Notes under the pieces: model-generated
The model's input: the letters and a program-made list of their open reading frames with translations, nothing else
Database searches by the model: none
What the model was told of the DNA's origin: nothing
Part shown: piece after piece, positions 22,594 through 34,160 of the stretch
Layout of the letters: each line of letters begins with the position of its first letter
Position numbering within the stretch: position 1 is the first letter of the stretch
Source of the DNA: Neoechinorhynchus agilis
Taxonomy: Eukaryota > Animalia > Acanthocephala
Direction of reading: 5' to 3'
Assembly: GCA_051530055.1 (NCBI GenBank)
Contig: CM121342.1
Span: forward strand, 282,797 to 346,796
Length of the DNA: 64,000 nucleotides
Program-made: the position numbers and the translations under genes

Positions 22594-23280
22594 ATGTTTT
22601 CCTTTGAACGCATTTTTTTCGCTGTGATTTATCTTCACCAAATTGCGTTCACCTTATACATTCTAATTCAACGAAAGGCTCGACCGATAGTGTTGCTACT
22701 TTATACTATCCTTCCAGTTCAAATCCTTTTGAATTGGATAGACGCATCTGCAGAAATCAAACCGGCTGAATTAAAGTCCCCAAGATCACATGAATGCAAA
22801 ATCTGCAAGGTTAATATTCAAAAAAGATCGCACCATTGCTTTTTCATTGGTCGCTGCATTGGGCAGGACAATCAAGCTGCATTTATCAAGATGATGTTTT
22901 GGGTTTCGATCGGAATCGCATTTGCAAGTTGGGAACAAATTACATTTCTAATTGACGCGGACATCTTCATTCTAAATATTTATAGTAATATCATCCCGTT
23001 CTTCATATGGTGGAGATGGATCCTCGGAGAAGTCACATTTATGGTTGCACTTGCGAATTCGTCCATAATTGTAAGTTTATTATTATGCGCATTCGCAATT
23101 GTCACGGCTTCAGCTCAATTATTCTTGGTATGGAAGGATCAAACCGAATATGAATTTACTCACGAAATTCCGGGTCCTTTGAGCAACAAACCGATATTGG
23201 CCAGGCTTCGATCAGTGTTCGGTGATAGTTTATTGGAAGGTATAACACTTCCATATTGTACTTTCCGTACTCGGGAATAA
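22594..23280 (+). CDS. DHHC-family palmitoyltransferase-like protein, copy 1 (SHHC variant), 228 aa
   Basis: PRSHECKICKVNIQKRSHHCFFIGRCIGQDN cysteine-rich domain, four TM segments, and DQTEYE resembling the TTxE motif. Intronless. Confidence 0.85.
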   Translation: MFSFERIFFAVIYLHQIAFTLYILIQRKARPIVLLLYTILPVQILLNWIDASAEIKPAELKSPRSHECKICKVNIQKRSHHCFFIGRCIGQDNQAAFIKMMFWVSIGIAFASWEQITFLIDADIFILNIYSNIIPFFIWWRWILGEVTFMVALANSSIIVSLLLCAFAIVTASAQLFLVWKDQTEYEFTHEIPGPLSNKPILARLRSVFGDSLLEGITLPYCTFRTRE

Positions 23281-23299
23281 ATCATTTTATCTGATTGCT

Positions 23300-24350
23300 T
23301 CTATTTAAATGCTTCAAGTTGTTTAATACCTTTCCTACCAGCATAATTGGAACTCAAGACATCATTACGACTGCATCAACTACAAATAAATTTAATGAGT
23401 TCACCTACATTATTTTTAAGCCTTTTAAAAGAGAACTGCTTTCTACTATGCCTAGTCTATGGTTAGTGAAGAAATTTCCGCTATTTGGGCTAATGGTAGG
23501 AAGGATGCTAGGGTTGTTTTAGGTAATGATTTTCCTGCTCCCCACTCTGGCTCTGAGGTTGTAGAAGGTAATATTAAAGTTGGGTTGAAAGATATGGAAG
23601 AGTTGGTTTTTGAGAGTAATGGGTATGCGCCCCACCGTGGTGAATTACCAGACGCGGCGTTTACATATGTATTTCGTTTTCCCAGAAGAAGAGATTATTA
23701 TGTGTTAAAGATTAGTGGAGAAGATTTGGGTGAATTGTCAATACATGATTTGACTAAGATTTATTATGCTAAAAATCTTAAACCTAATAACTATAGTTAC
23801 GATAGAAGATATCAAATTAAAAAGTGCTTCAGTACCAAGTGGGTGGTGTTTATGATATTTTTTGAAGCGGAAGGTATTAAATTATTTGAGGAGCTCCTTC
23901 GTAGCAAAAATATTAAATATAAAAATATATCGCGTAAAGTGGGACCACTTTAGTGTTAAACCCTCTTCCTAACATGTCAAAAGAAGAGTTAGGTTTATTT
24001 CAGAAATTTTTTTCTAATGAAGCCGTATGCTTTACTTGTGTCGGGTTCGTTGGATGAGGTGGACAAAGTTCAGGGAAAATATTTTGGATTTCTAGCATAC
24101 TTTTATCAAATTTGCTTCTCATCAATCAGAATTGATACATGATTAAGTGTTGACTCAGTGCGCGAATTGCTGCAATTGGGGTCACAATAGTTTTCAATGT
24201 TTTAATCAGGTTAAGTGTATGAGATGTGGTGGCCCGCATCACAAAATGAATTGTAGTACTTCTTGCACGATTAAGTGTGCAAATTGTTCAAGTGGGTGAC
24301 ATGAGTAACATTTTTAGTAAAACCTCCGAACAAAACACAAAAACACCCGG
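23300..24350 (+). mobile_element. LINE ORF1 region (5' part of an element split by nested insertions)
   Basis: ORF 23459-23953 is homologous to the N-terminus of ORF 34161-36200. It is followed by knuckles CANCCNWGHNSFQC, CMRCGGPHHKMNC and CANC. Confidence 0.8.
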
Positions 24351-24357
24351 TTTGCTC

Positions 24358-25380
24358 TGTCGCGTTAATAACACGTTGCGCATTAATATCGCTTAGCGAA
24401 TTGTGCGCAATATCGATCATCCATGACATTCGTCCCCTTTTCTTTTTGCTTACGGAAAACATCATAAGGTCTGATGGGCTTCGACCGTATCCGAGTGCTT
24501 CGCCTAGGTTGAAGAACCTTCTCCTCCTTATGATCCCCCCATACATTCTCCTCATTCTTCGCATCCCCAGGATCCTTCAATTCGCTGAGTTCATCCGTCG
24601 TCCTTTCGTGCTCCTCTTGTTGTGACAATTCCACACTACTGAGGCTGTGACGTCGTGCATCCTGTTCCTCGACGGGCTTTTTGTACTCCTGCTTGGAGTA
24701 TTCACTCTCCCTGTGCCTTAAATGATCGGCGTGAGCTTTCTTGATCCCCTGGTCGGTCTCTACTTTGTACGACAGTGGGCCTTTTCTTTCCTGTATCAAC
24801 GCTGGTATCCATCTCTCCTGGCGACCATCGCGGTACTAGACTGCGCTCTTATCATCGAACTCCTCGAATCTTCTGGCCTTTTGGTCGTGGTGACATTTTT
24901 CCATTCTCCGTTTTTACCTCACGGTCTTCGCAGGGCTCCATCCTATCATCATTTGTGACGGTGACTGGCCTGTGAGCGCATGAGGAGTGTTGCGGTAAGC
25001 AAAAGCATCTTTTGGAGGCTATCGATGCCAGCACTTGTTCTGCCTTTCAATGTTCCAACGAATCGCTCAGCCAGTCCGTTGGTCCTCCGGTGATAGAACG
25101 AGCTGCGACAGTGGGTAATTCCATTCTTTCTACAGAACTCTGCGAACTCTCCTGCCACAAATTGATGCCCCTTTATCCGCGACTATCCGTTCTGGTACTC
25201 CCCAGAGACAAATGCTTCCTTTAAACACTCGATTGTGTTTCTGGCATTAAATGAAGGTCGCATCCATACTTCGGGCCATCTAGAAAACGCGTCTATCGCT
25301 GTCAGGTACATCGAGTTGCTGATTGGCCCGTCAAAGTCGAAATGGATCCTCTTCCAACGCTTTGTGACATTCCTTGACAT
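24358..25380 (-). mobile_element. Ty3/gypsy integrase fragment with PPT and 71-bp 3' LTR
   Basis: RIHFDF, TNGLAERFVGTLK, GPLSYKV, RRSTRIRSKPIRPYD. The minus-strand PPT aaaaagaaaaggggacgaa is followed by TGTC...GACA at 24428-24358. Confidence 0.8.
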
Positions 25381-28300
25381 ACTTAGTTAACGCTTTTTAA
25401 TATTAGTTCAGATGACACACACGAACAACGGTCAACACGATGTGTAACATTGATTGCCCACGTCAGCATGCCGCTACTTATCGTATCCTTCCGCCCCTCC
25501 GCAAGTAGACGTCATACGGGAGGGTGGGGCACCTTCTTATTCCCTCACTTCTCCGAAGTGTTGGTGCTTCGATTTCGGGGTCATCACAGTGCTCTTTGTC
25601 TTCTTTCACTTCATCGCCATTTGAGTACATTTTCTCCTTCGGGTAAACATTCCTCTCTTCCTCTGCACCCTCTCCTTGATTTTCCCGCTTAGTATTAATT
25701 ATGGCTTCCCCAGCAATTATATCTTTCCCCTTCTCGTGTCCTTATCTGGTTTGCGTGCGTTCGCTTCATTCCAACCCCGATGTCCACTTCATAGGACACC
25801 GGACCATTCCGTTTAGCAATCGTTGCTTCCTGCCATCTTCCCGTTTGTACATTTCTCCACCATACTGGAAGTCCAACGTCGAAGTTTGTTTCCTTTGCGG
25901 ACCTTCGGTCGTGATACTCTTTGAATTTGTCTGACCTGTGTTCATGATAATTTTTGAGGCAATGCCTCCAATTATCGAAAATCGTCGGAATCCTTCTCCC
26001 GGCCATAGCTTCGGACGGGCTCTTACCGGTGGTCGAGTGCGGGGTATTTCGATACACTTGTAAGAAATCATAAAGATTGGCCTTCTTCAGATCGACTACC
26101 CGTTTCAAAACTCTGTTTTTCATTGTTTGCGCAAATCTTTCGGCAAGCCCATTAGTCTGTGGGTGATATGGGCTCGTTTTGATGTGTTTTATGCAGTTGT
26201 CTTTGCAGAAGTTTTGAAAAACTGCACCGATGAATTGAGGGCCATTATCACTCACTATCTGCTTCGGTAAACCCCATCTAGCGAATACTTCTCTCAATCT
26301 ATCAACTAGTGATTCTGATGTCCACCGCTGTGCCGGAATCACCTCCGGCCACTTACTATGGGCATCCACCAAAACCTTATACAATAATCCGTGAACCGGC
26401 CCTGCAAAGTCGATGTGGATCCTTCCCCATGGTTGGCTAGGATAGTCCCACATTAGCAGCGGTTGTTCCTTCGATCTTGGACGATTCCTTTGGCAGATTC
26501 CCCACCTAGCCACGAATTTACTTATACTCGCATCCAACTGCGGCCACCACACATAATACCGAGCAAAACCCTTCATTGCCGCCTCTCCAGGGTGTCCAAT
26601 ATGAGTGATCCAGAGGACTCGTGTTCTAAGCGACTCGGGAATTATCATGCGCTGTAGCCACATCAGTATTCCGTTTTCGCATGAAATTTCGTTTCGTCTA
26701 TCATAATACATTTTATCGCTTTCAACAACAGTATCGGGTCATCCGAATTTACAATATCGATATATCCTTTGTAACTGCCTATTGAGTGTCGATTCCTTCC
26801 TAATCACCCAAGTCGACAATCCCATTTGATCACTTTTTTCTTCCTTTAAACAGTGTATATTATTGGATGTTCCTATCGGAAAAGTTTTAGCAGGCAACCG
26901 TGACAGAGCATCTGCGTAAATATTCTGTTTTCCGGACACGTGTTTTATTGTGTAATCGTAATTCGTTAGTAACATCGCCCATCTTACCATTCGACCGTTC
27001 GACATTTTGGACAGATCTCTTGCGGGTCCGAATATATATGTTAAAGCCTTATGGTCCGTAAATATTTCGAAATAACGGCCGTATAGGTACATGTGAAAAC
27101 GCCTGACTCCGAATATGATTGATAAAGCTTCCTTATCGGTAGTGTAATAACGAGACTGCGTAGAAAATACCCTAGACACAAACGAAATTGGCAATAGTTC
27201 GTTGTTTTCATCGGTATGGCACAACGCTGCCCCAACCCGTTATTATTCGCATCGCACGCGAGAATGAGGGCTTTGTATGGTGTGTATGGAACCACCGTCT
27301 GTGGTCTCGACAAGATTTCTTTGGCTTTCTGGAAAGCCTTTTCTTCTATGTTCGTCCAAGCGAACCGTTTCTCTTTTCTTGTCAAATCGTGTAATGGTTT
27401 GCAAACATCCTGCAAGTGCGGGAATAATTGCAAGTTATAATTTGCTAATCCCAGCCACGACTTGAGATTTTGTTTCGTAGTTGGACGGGGTGCATCGCTT
27501 ATTGCCCGTGTCCGTTCGTCAGGATCGAATTTTATCTTATAGTGAATCCAAGGTATTCTATATTATCCGTATTAAATGAACACTTCTGCTTAGAGATTGT
27601 GAGTCCAACTTCGCGGAATTTTCTGAACAACTGCTTCAATCTCAAAATATGTGCGTCTACGGAGTCTGAAACGATTATCACGTCGTCCAAGTATGCATGG
27701 AATCCTTTCATGCCTTCGATCGTTGAATCAATGTACTTTTGGAAGATCGAAGGAGCGTTGGAGATCCCGAAGGGCAATCTGGTATATCGAAAAATCCCCA
27801 CGGCGTCGTAATAGTCAGTAAACGTTGAGAGGAGGGATCCACCGGAATTTGTAAATAAGCATTTGTTAAGTCTATTTTAGAAAACACTTTGCCATTTGAA
27901 ATGATATTTAACATATTATCGATGCTGGGCATTTGATACGGCTCTGGATGCAAATATTGATTAATCGTAACTTTGAAATCCGCACATATTCGCAGTTTTC
28001 CACTTGTCTTTCTAACAATAACCATCGGAGTCGCCCATTCGACTATATCGTCACTTGGGTTCACTTTTTCCAAAACGCCCGTATCGCACAATTCTTCTAG
28101 CTGTTCTTTGTCTGCGGCTTCTAATGCAAACGGAATTCGACGGGAAGGCCAACAAATCGGTTTTGCGTTTTCCGGAATAGCAAATTTCGCCGTAAAATTA
28201 TTGACTGCTCGATTGTTGTTAGTGAACACATCATCGAACGCTTTCAGTACGCATATTTCTTCGTTTTCTCCAATTGTGAGGATGTCGACTGCGGGTTGCT

Positions 28301-28705
28301 GAAGTGGTATTCCAACCGCCAGCGCCCATGGTAATTCAAAAAGCGACTTTTCCGCATCGCTGGTCACAACTGCTCGAAGATGTCTGATTTTTTGTTGATA
28401 TCTCACTTGCACCTCACATTCGCCCATCACTTCGACTAAATTGCCTCCAAGCGCTCAAAGTGATTTTGTTGTTCTTAATCGTGGCGATCCTATCATTTTC
28501 CAAACTTCCGAAGTAATAACTGAGATATCAGCACCTGTATCGAATAGCATCCTAACAGGATAACCTTCCAACTTAACTTCCATCATCAGTCTCGTGTTCC
28601 GAAATGTCTAAAGCCGCTCTTCGTACGAAATCGTCCGGTGCATACATCGCGATCATATCTCTGATCCGTTCATTTATAGTCTGGGCATCGGATGCAACAA
28701 TGACC
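25381..28705 (-). mobile_element. Ty3/gypsy element, degenerate PR-RT-RH-INT, 5' end lost
   Basis: LFDTGAD protease, LRICADFK, FSKIDLTNAYLQ, RLPFGISNAPSIFQ, YLDD, LACDA, TDHKAL, NIYADALSRLP, HIGHPG, IHIDFAGP, SDNGPQF, TNGLAER. Confidence 0.95.
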
Positions 28706-29036
28706 ATCATTAAATTTTAGTTTGTCCCTTCTTGTCCGGCTTATTTTTAGGCATAAAGCCAAACCAATTACATCAGAAAAGTGATATAACAACATAGTCT
28801 CTAATGCACGGACCGCTGAAGGGAGGAAACTCACTGATGAGTCCCGTCTCCTGGAGGTATCTGAGGATCCGGAGGAATGTTCAAACTTTTAACCGTGCAT
28901 TAGAGACTATGTGGTTATATCACTTCTCTGATGTAATTGGTTTGGCTTTATGCCTAAAAATAAGCCGGACAAGAAGGGACAAACTAAAATTTAATGATGA
29001 TAACAATACCGGCTAGCCAGCAAAAAAAACTTAAAA
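28706..29036. mobile_element. Short tRNA-promoter element family, copy A (inverted fragment + forward arm)
   Basis: Minus fragment 28706-28811 is joined to a forward arm starting accgctgaaggg at 28812 and ending ...cttaaaa. Homologous to copies B and C. Confidence 0.85.
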
Positions 29037-29039
29037 TTT

Positions 29040-31340
29040 TTTAATGACATAATATTTTATTAATTTCTTATAATGTATCTAGGCCCTTGGTGTTATCGGA
29101 GAATATTTGTTCAGTGAGTAGATTCAATGATTATGACATTATTTGTTTACAAGAAACTGGAGGTGTTAATCTTATCAACAGAGATTCGATATGGTTTGTG
29201 TCATTGCCAAGTGGTGGAGGGGTTATGCATAGAAATATCGGCTTCTCAGGTGGTCTCCAGTCTGTTATTCATGCGAAATTTCGTACTAAGCTTTTATTTC
29301 AAATAAAGCATGAAAATTTTGCTGTGCAAATGTTAGCGATTGAGGGACTGGGTGATGTCAGTCGTCTGGGTGGTCGTTGGATCTTAGCAAATTTATATAT
29401 TGCTCTCAGGAAATTTACGTGGTTTAAAAATAATAGAGGCGTGGTTTAAGGCCTGGAATACGGATATCATTGTGGGTGAATTAAATTCCAATGGAATGAG
29501 TGGTTTCTTACATAGGGAGTAGGAGTATAAATTTTATCTTACTCCCTTTCTCTTTTTTCAAAATTATACCAAATCAATTCACTCCTTTTTGGATGTGTTT
29601 TTATGTAAAAAAAGAATTAAATTTACAAGTGAGAGTGTTGTGCCAGTCTCTAGAGCAGCCTAGGATGGGGCATGATTATATTCCAGTTTGGATTGATGAA
29701 TATTAAATCAAGAGTTGTATGGAATGACGCGGTGAGGTTAGTTAATTTTAATGACTGCATGCGAGCCGACATATGTAAATATTTCATACTCAGGATGGAA
29801 GAGCTGAATAGGATGATTTCTGCATCGACTTCTAGTCATTTAGTGACTTCTGCGCATGAAAGGCGCAATAGACCGTAGAAAATGGCACGTTTACTTTATC
29901 GCTGTGCGATAATTGCGGATTTGCAGGATTTGTAAATGATTCGTTTTTATAAAGAAGTGTTTTACGAAAGTATCAGAAGGGGCAGATTAAGATTAGGCGA
30001 GTCTAGAGCCTTTTCGAAGAATTTTTGGAGTGCAGTACTAAATAGAAAGAGAACGGTTCGGAAAATTAAAAGCATCAGTCTCATATCCCACAGTGATGGA
30101 ACAAATTTTATCGAATCATCGTTTTGATTTATCCGTGAACCTTTCTTTTATTCCTTTGGATAACTATTCCCCTCGATGCGATTGGGGAATTAGAAATTAG
30201 CTTCCAATTGACTGTCAGTTTATCCTAAGATTTTTGACTTGATTTGTGAGGATGTGAAAATTAAGATACTCAACCGTATGCCGGAACGTCTGACCGTTGA
30301 TGACTTATGCAAGGTCAATGTATAGAGGAAGGTCATCATACGTAAAGTCGAAGAAAAGATAAAGCCCCGAGTGATGTCAGGTTCATATCGATTCAAAATC
30401 CTATCATTTCTCTCATGGAGAAAGTAATAAATGACGAATTGTTGGGGATTCTAAGTAGAAAAAAATCTTATCCCTAAATGCTTCATGGTTTTGCGATTGA
30501 GAAGGGAGTGGGGACGTTAATAAATGAGTTATGGGACCTCCAGAAATCGGTGCTGAGAGTTAACAAAATTTTACTACAAGTGGACGTAAATAAGGCGTTC
30601 AATGCTTTTAGCAGAAATTTTATCTATAAGACATTTTTCGACTTGAAGCTGCCTAATAAGCTTCTATGTAGTATTCAGTTCTTTATGGAATCGGAGGCGT
30701 ATTTTTTGGAGGTTTATCCTTTAAAAGGCCATTTTTATTCGAACTTAGGGGTACCGCCGGGTTCGCCGTTGTCCCTTACTTTATTTTTAATTTGTATGAT
30801 CGGTATTCACAATAAACTGAAAACGTTATCCAGTGTGAAAGTTTTATTTTATGCAGATGATATTTTCTTTTTTATTTATCATAAGAAAAGAGAATTTTTA
30901 TGCAATTTAGTGGATTCAGTGCTATGCGAACTGGCTGTTTGTCTAAGGAATGCTAATCTCAGCACTAATAGGAGGAAGACAACACTGGTCCCTCTGACGA
31001 ATTCAAACTCGGCTCGTAAGCTGATGTTTGTTAAATTTTTAGAAGATTCTCGCACACAACTGATGAAAGTTACCAAATGTTCTAGTGCTAGGGATCAATT
31101 TTCATCTGAAGTCGCATCCATCGTAAAAAGGATTCATTGGCTTGGTTTTATGATATGTAACCCGCTAGCGATTTTGAAGAGGCTTCTGGCTTTCGATGAC
31201 TTGAGAGGATGTTCAATGAGGGATAAATGGGTGTACTGTGACATATTGGAACGATTAAATCATGGGAAACGAGGCGACAATCAAATACTAGGATATACAA
31301 TTAAGATATATGTATAAAATTAAATATACTATTAAGAGCC
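29040..31340 (+). mobile_element. LINE APE + RT, continuation of the element at 23300
   Basis: IICLQETGG, ILANLYI, IIVGELNS, MGHDYIPV, QVDVNKAFN, GVPPGSPLSLTLF, YADD, ILGYTI. Confidence 0.9.
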
Positions 31341-31589
31341 ATTTATTTGTTATTGAATATTTTTGTTGTGTAACCATATATATTCCGTATATATATTATG
31401 TACTCCTCAATAAGTTTTTTGTTTTTGGCTGCTAAGTTACTTCGGGCCTGATCTGGAGGCTCAGAGATCGCCAAATTGAAATCGGGAAGGAAGCAACATA
31501 CAACGATGATGATGATGATGATGATAATAAAGAATTGGAACAAGCGAATTGTATGTACATACAGAGCGCGAAATAAAAAATAAATCATC

Positions 31590-32065
31590 ATGCTCGCTGC
31601 ATCCAGTATCGATCCCCGCGTTTTTTATGAACGGCGATCACTGCGTTGTTGTAGCTTCTTTTCTCTGCCGCTTGCGACGTACGGTCTCGTTCTTCCGTTG
31701 ATGAATGCAAGCTTCGCGCTGTCGTTGTTTCTCTTACACGCGCGACGTTGGGTCTCGTCCCCTCTGTGCCTTTGTACGCGCTCGCTACATTGTTGCCTTT
31801 CTGATGCTCGCAACATCGGGTATCGTCCCCTCCGTTGTTTATGAACGCAATCGCTGCGTTGTTGTAGCTTTTCTCTACCGCTTGTGACGTTTGGTCTCGT
31901 TTCTACGTTGATGAACGCAGTTGTTACGTTTTTGAAGTTTCTCTGGTGCTCGCGACGAACATTTTCGTTATATTGGATGATGAACGAGTGCGGTGCCCTA
32001 TTGTTGTTTCTCTGATGCGTGCGACGTACGGTCTCGTACAATGCGTTGTTGAAGGCGAGATTCAC
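31590..32065 (-). repeat. Composite internal repeats with a stop-free frame resembling Helitron N-terminal repeats
   Basis: Repeated atgaacgc...ctgcgttgttgtagctt and ggtctcgt blocks. The translation has RASERQQCSERVQRHRGDET and AF(N/I)N motifs. No Helitron termini were found. Confidence 0.35.
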
Positions 32066-33189
32066 GCTGGGTGCGTCACGCGGATGATGTATTCATTCTG
32101 ACTGATTCAAGCAAATACAACGACTCACGAAATGCAGCATTGAACATTCAAAATAAACACATACAGTAAATAGTCAGGAGAGAGCGAAAATGACAATGGT
32201 GAGATTTCGTTTCTGACGTTATTGTAAAACGCTCAACACAAGGGAAAGTAAGCACTGCACTTTTTTGTAAGCTCAAATTGCCGTCTTTGCAAATCGTTTG
32301 TAAAATCAGTGAAAATTATTGTACCCTAAAACGACTTTACGCCTGTAAAGCAACACTTATTGATTTTCAATGCTTTCTCTACAGTTCTCTGAACACTTTC
32401 GACGATGTAAGTAAAAATAGACGCAAGATAGCAAATAATAGAAACCTTTGCAATCTGCAACGTGTTCTGCGCTTTTAAAGGGCTTAAATTTATTATTTAA
32501 AAATTGATTTAAGATGCCACTTGACTTTATATGTCACACGAAGGCAACGTTATTCACAAATTTCCGGTAGAATGAAAGGAAAATTACTTGAAAGATTTAA
32601 ATTAGAAGGGAACGTCGTCTTTTGTTCTTGCGAAAAGCAGAGAAGGGAAGATGGGAATATAATTACGTGTAATCGATACCTGTTAACTGCGCGTAATGGG
32701 ATTTGAAGAGAACGAAATGATCAATACCGAGGGTTGCTTTGCAGAGTCGAAAAGAAATTAAAAAAATGTCCAAAAACAACAGATTTTTGCTCACATGTTT
32801 TTGCTTCTTCATTGTACTGATGAAAAACCTAAGCGCTCCGCATAATGTTACTTATTCGCTTTATTAGCATTTTCATGGTATCAATATCTTTGTCGGACTT
32901 TGCGGTATCTTATACCACTTTCTCTGTAAATTTTCTTTATTTTTGCTCCATTTCTACTTATCAACTTTTTCTTATATGTATTAATTTAAACTCCTTTTTA
33001 CTTTATTTTTAAACCACGCTGTCTTCTAAACTTCTAAGAAAATTTCTCTGTGGCATCCTTTCGTCTCTCCACCCACGTTCACTCGATCAACTGACCATTT
33101 GGCATTTTCTGATTTCTATTGGCAGCTTTTGCTTTACTATTTCCAATTCTCATTGCAAGATTCACTACAGTCTTTATTTTTAAGTACAA

Positions 33190-33636
33190 GTGAAAATTTC
33201 CGCTTTATACAGAATGATTCGATACGACCCTCGGAATAATGCTCATCGTATTTACGAGCTAGAAGAGGAGACCGCGGACCAGGAACTAGAAAATTTAAGC
33301 GCCGATCACATTTCAGAAATTCGGTTTGATCATGTCATTTCTAGCAATCGCCAGCACAAATTCAATTTTCGTCTTCCATCTTCACCGACAAATATGGTAC
33401 ATTCATTGGAACCGTTTAATAATAAAAAGACGGTTATTAATTCGGCGGAAACTCTGCGATCTACATCCATTGACGATATTATCAAAAAGGGACTTTCCGA
33501 TATCCAAACACGAATCATTCCAGAAATAAGGCTAAACTTTGATCGAAATTGCGACGAATATACAAGGGCAACTATAAATAGCTTTCGGAAAGCTAAACGA
33601 CGACATATGACAAAAAGTAATGCAGTTTCCTTTTAA
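33190..33636 (+). CDS. Probable last exon of an orphan membrane-protein gene
   Basis: 148-codon frame. A 29-bp GT-AG candidate intron near 33182-33210 would join an upstream hydrophobic frame (AFALLFPILIARFTTVFIFK) to MIRYDPRNN. Confidence 0.4.
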   Translation: MKISALYRMIRYDPRNNAHRIYELEEETADQELENLSADHISEIRFDHVISSNRQHKFNFRLPSSPTNMVHSLEPFNNKKTVINSAETLRSTSIDDIIKKGLSDIQTRIIPEIRLNFDRNCDEYTRATINSFRKAKRRHMTKSNAVSF

Positions 33637-33734
33637 GAGATATAAAAATATATTTTGAAACAGAACAAAGCAAATATATTTATACTCGCCGAAGGATTAT
33701 TGTTTGGGTTTTTTACCGGGTAAATATTTTTTAC

Positions 33735-33772
33735 TAAAAACGTTTCGAACCTCGTCGGGTTTGTCATCAGTG
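33735..33772 (-). ncRNA. Solitary hammerhead-like module of the same family as 42-150
   Basis: CTGATGA C AAACC cgacga GGTTC GAAA CG TT, followed by aaaatatttacccggtaaa, as downstream of the module at 6057-6115. Confidence 0.6.
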
Positions 33773-34160
33773 GATGAGCGTCTATTAATAACCAACAAAC
33801 TGGCGCGGATGAAGACCTAAACAATAGTTCTAATCATATACCCTGTTACCTCATATATCGACATATACTCGCAGTTGTGAAAAAATAAAAAAAAATAATG
33901 AAATTTGTTTTGGCCTACCGTGTTCCCTTTTTGTACAATAGTGTAAATGCCATTTATTTTGAATGATTGCATCTGAGAATGCAAGCATAGCTGTATTTTA
34001 ATTTCTGCCGTTTAAAGCCTAATGTTGCCCGAAATCTAAATATATTCTCTAGAAATGTATTTTGTTGCCGGTGAGACGATCAGATAAACCCTATTTCCGA
34101 CATGTCTAGATTAAGGTTTGTTCCTACTATCCCCCTCCCCCTCCGAGTGATTGTGAAGTT

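Larger units (their letters stand above)
32276..34080 (+). repeat. Segment whose two ends are joined together in a second copy at 52200-52610
   Basis: 32276-32520, 32595-32630 and 33950-34080 each align to consecutive parts of 52200-52610. Confidence 0.85.
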
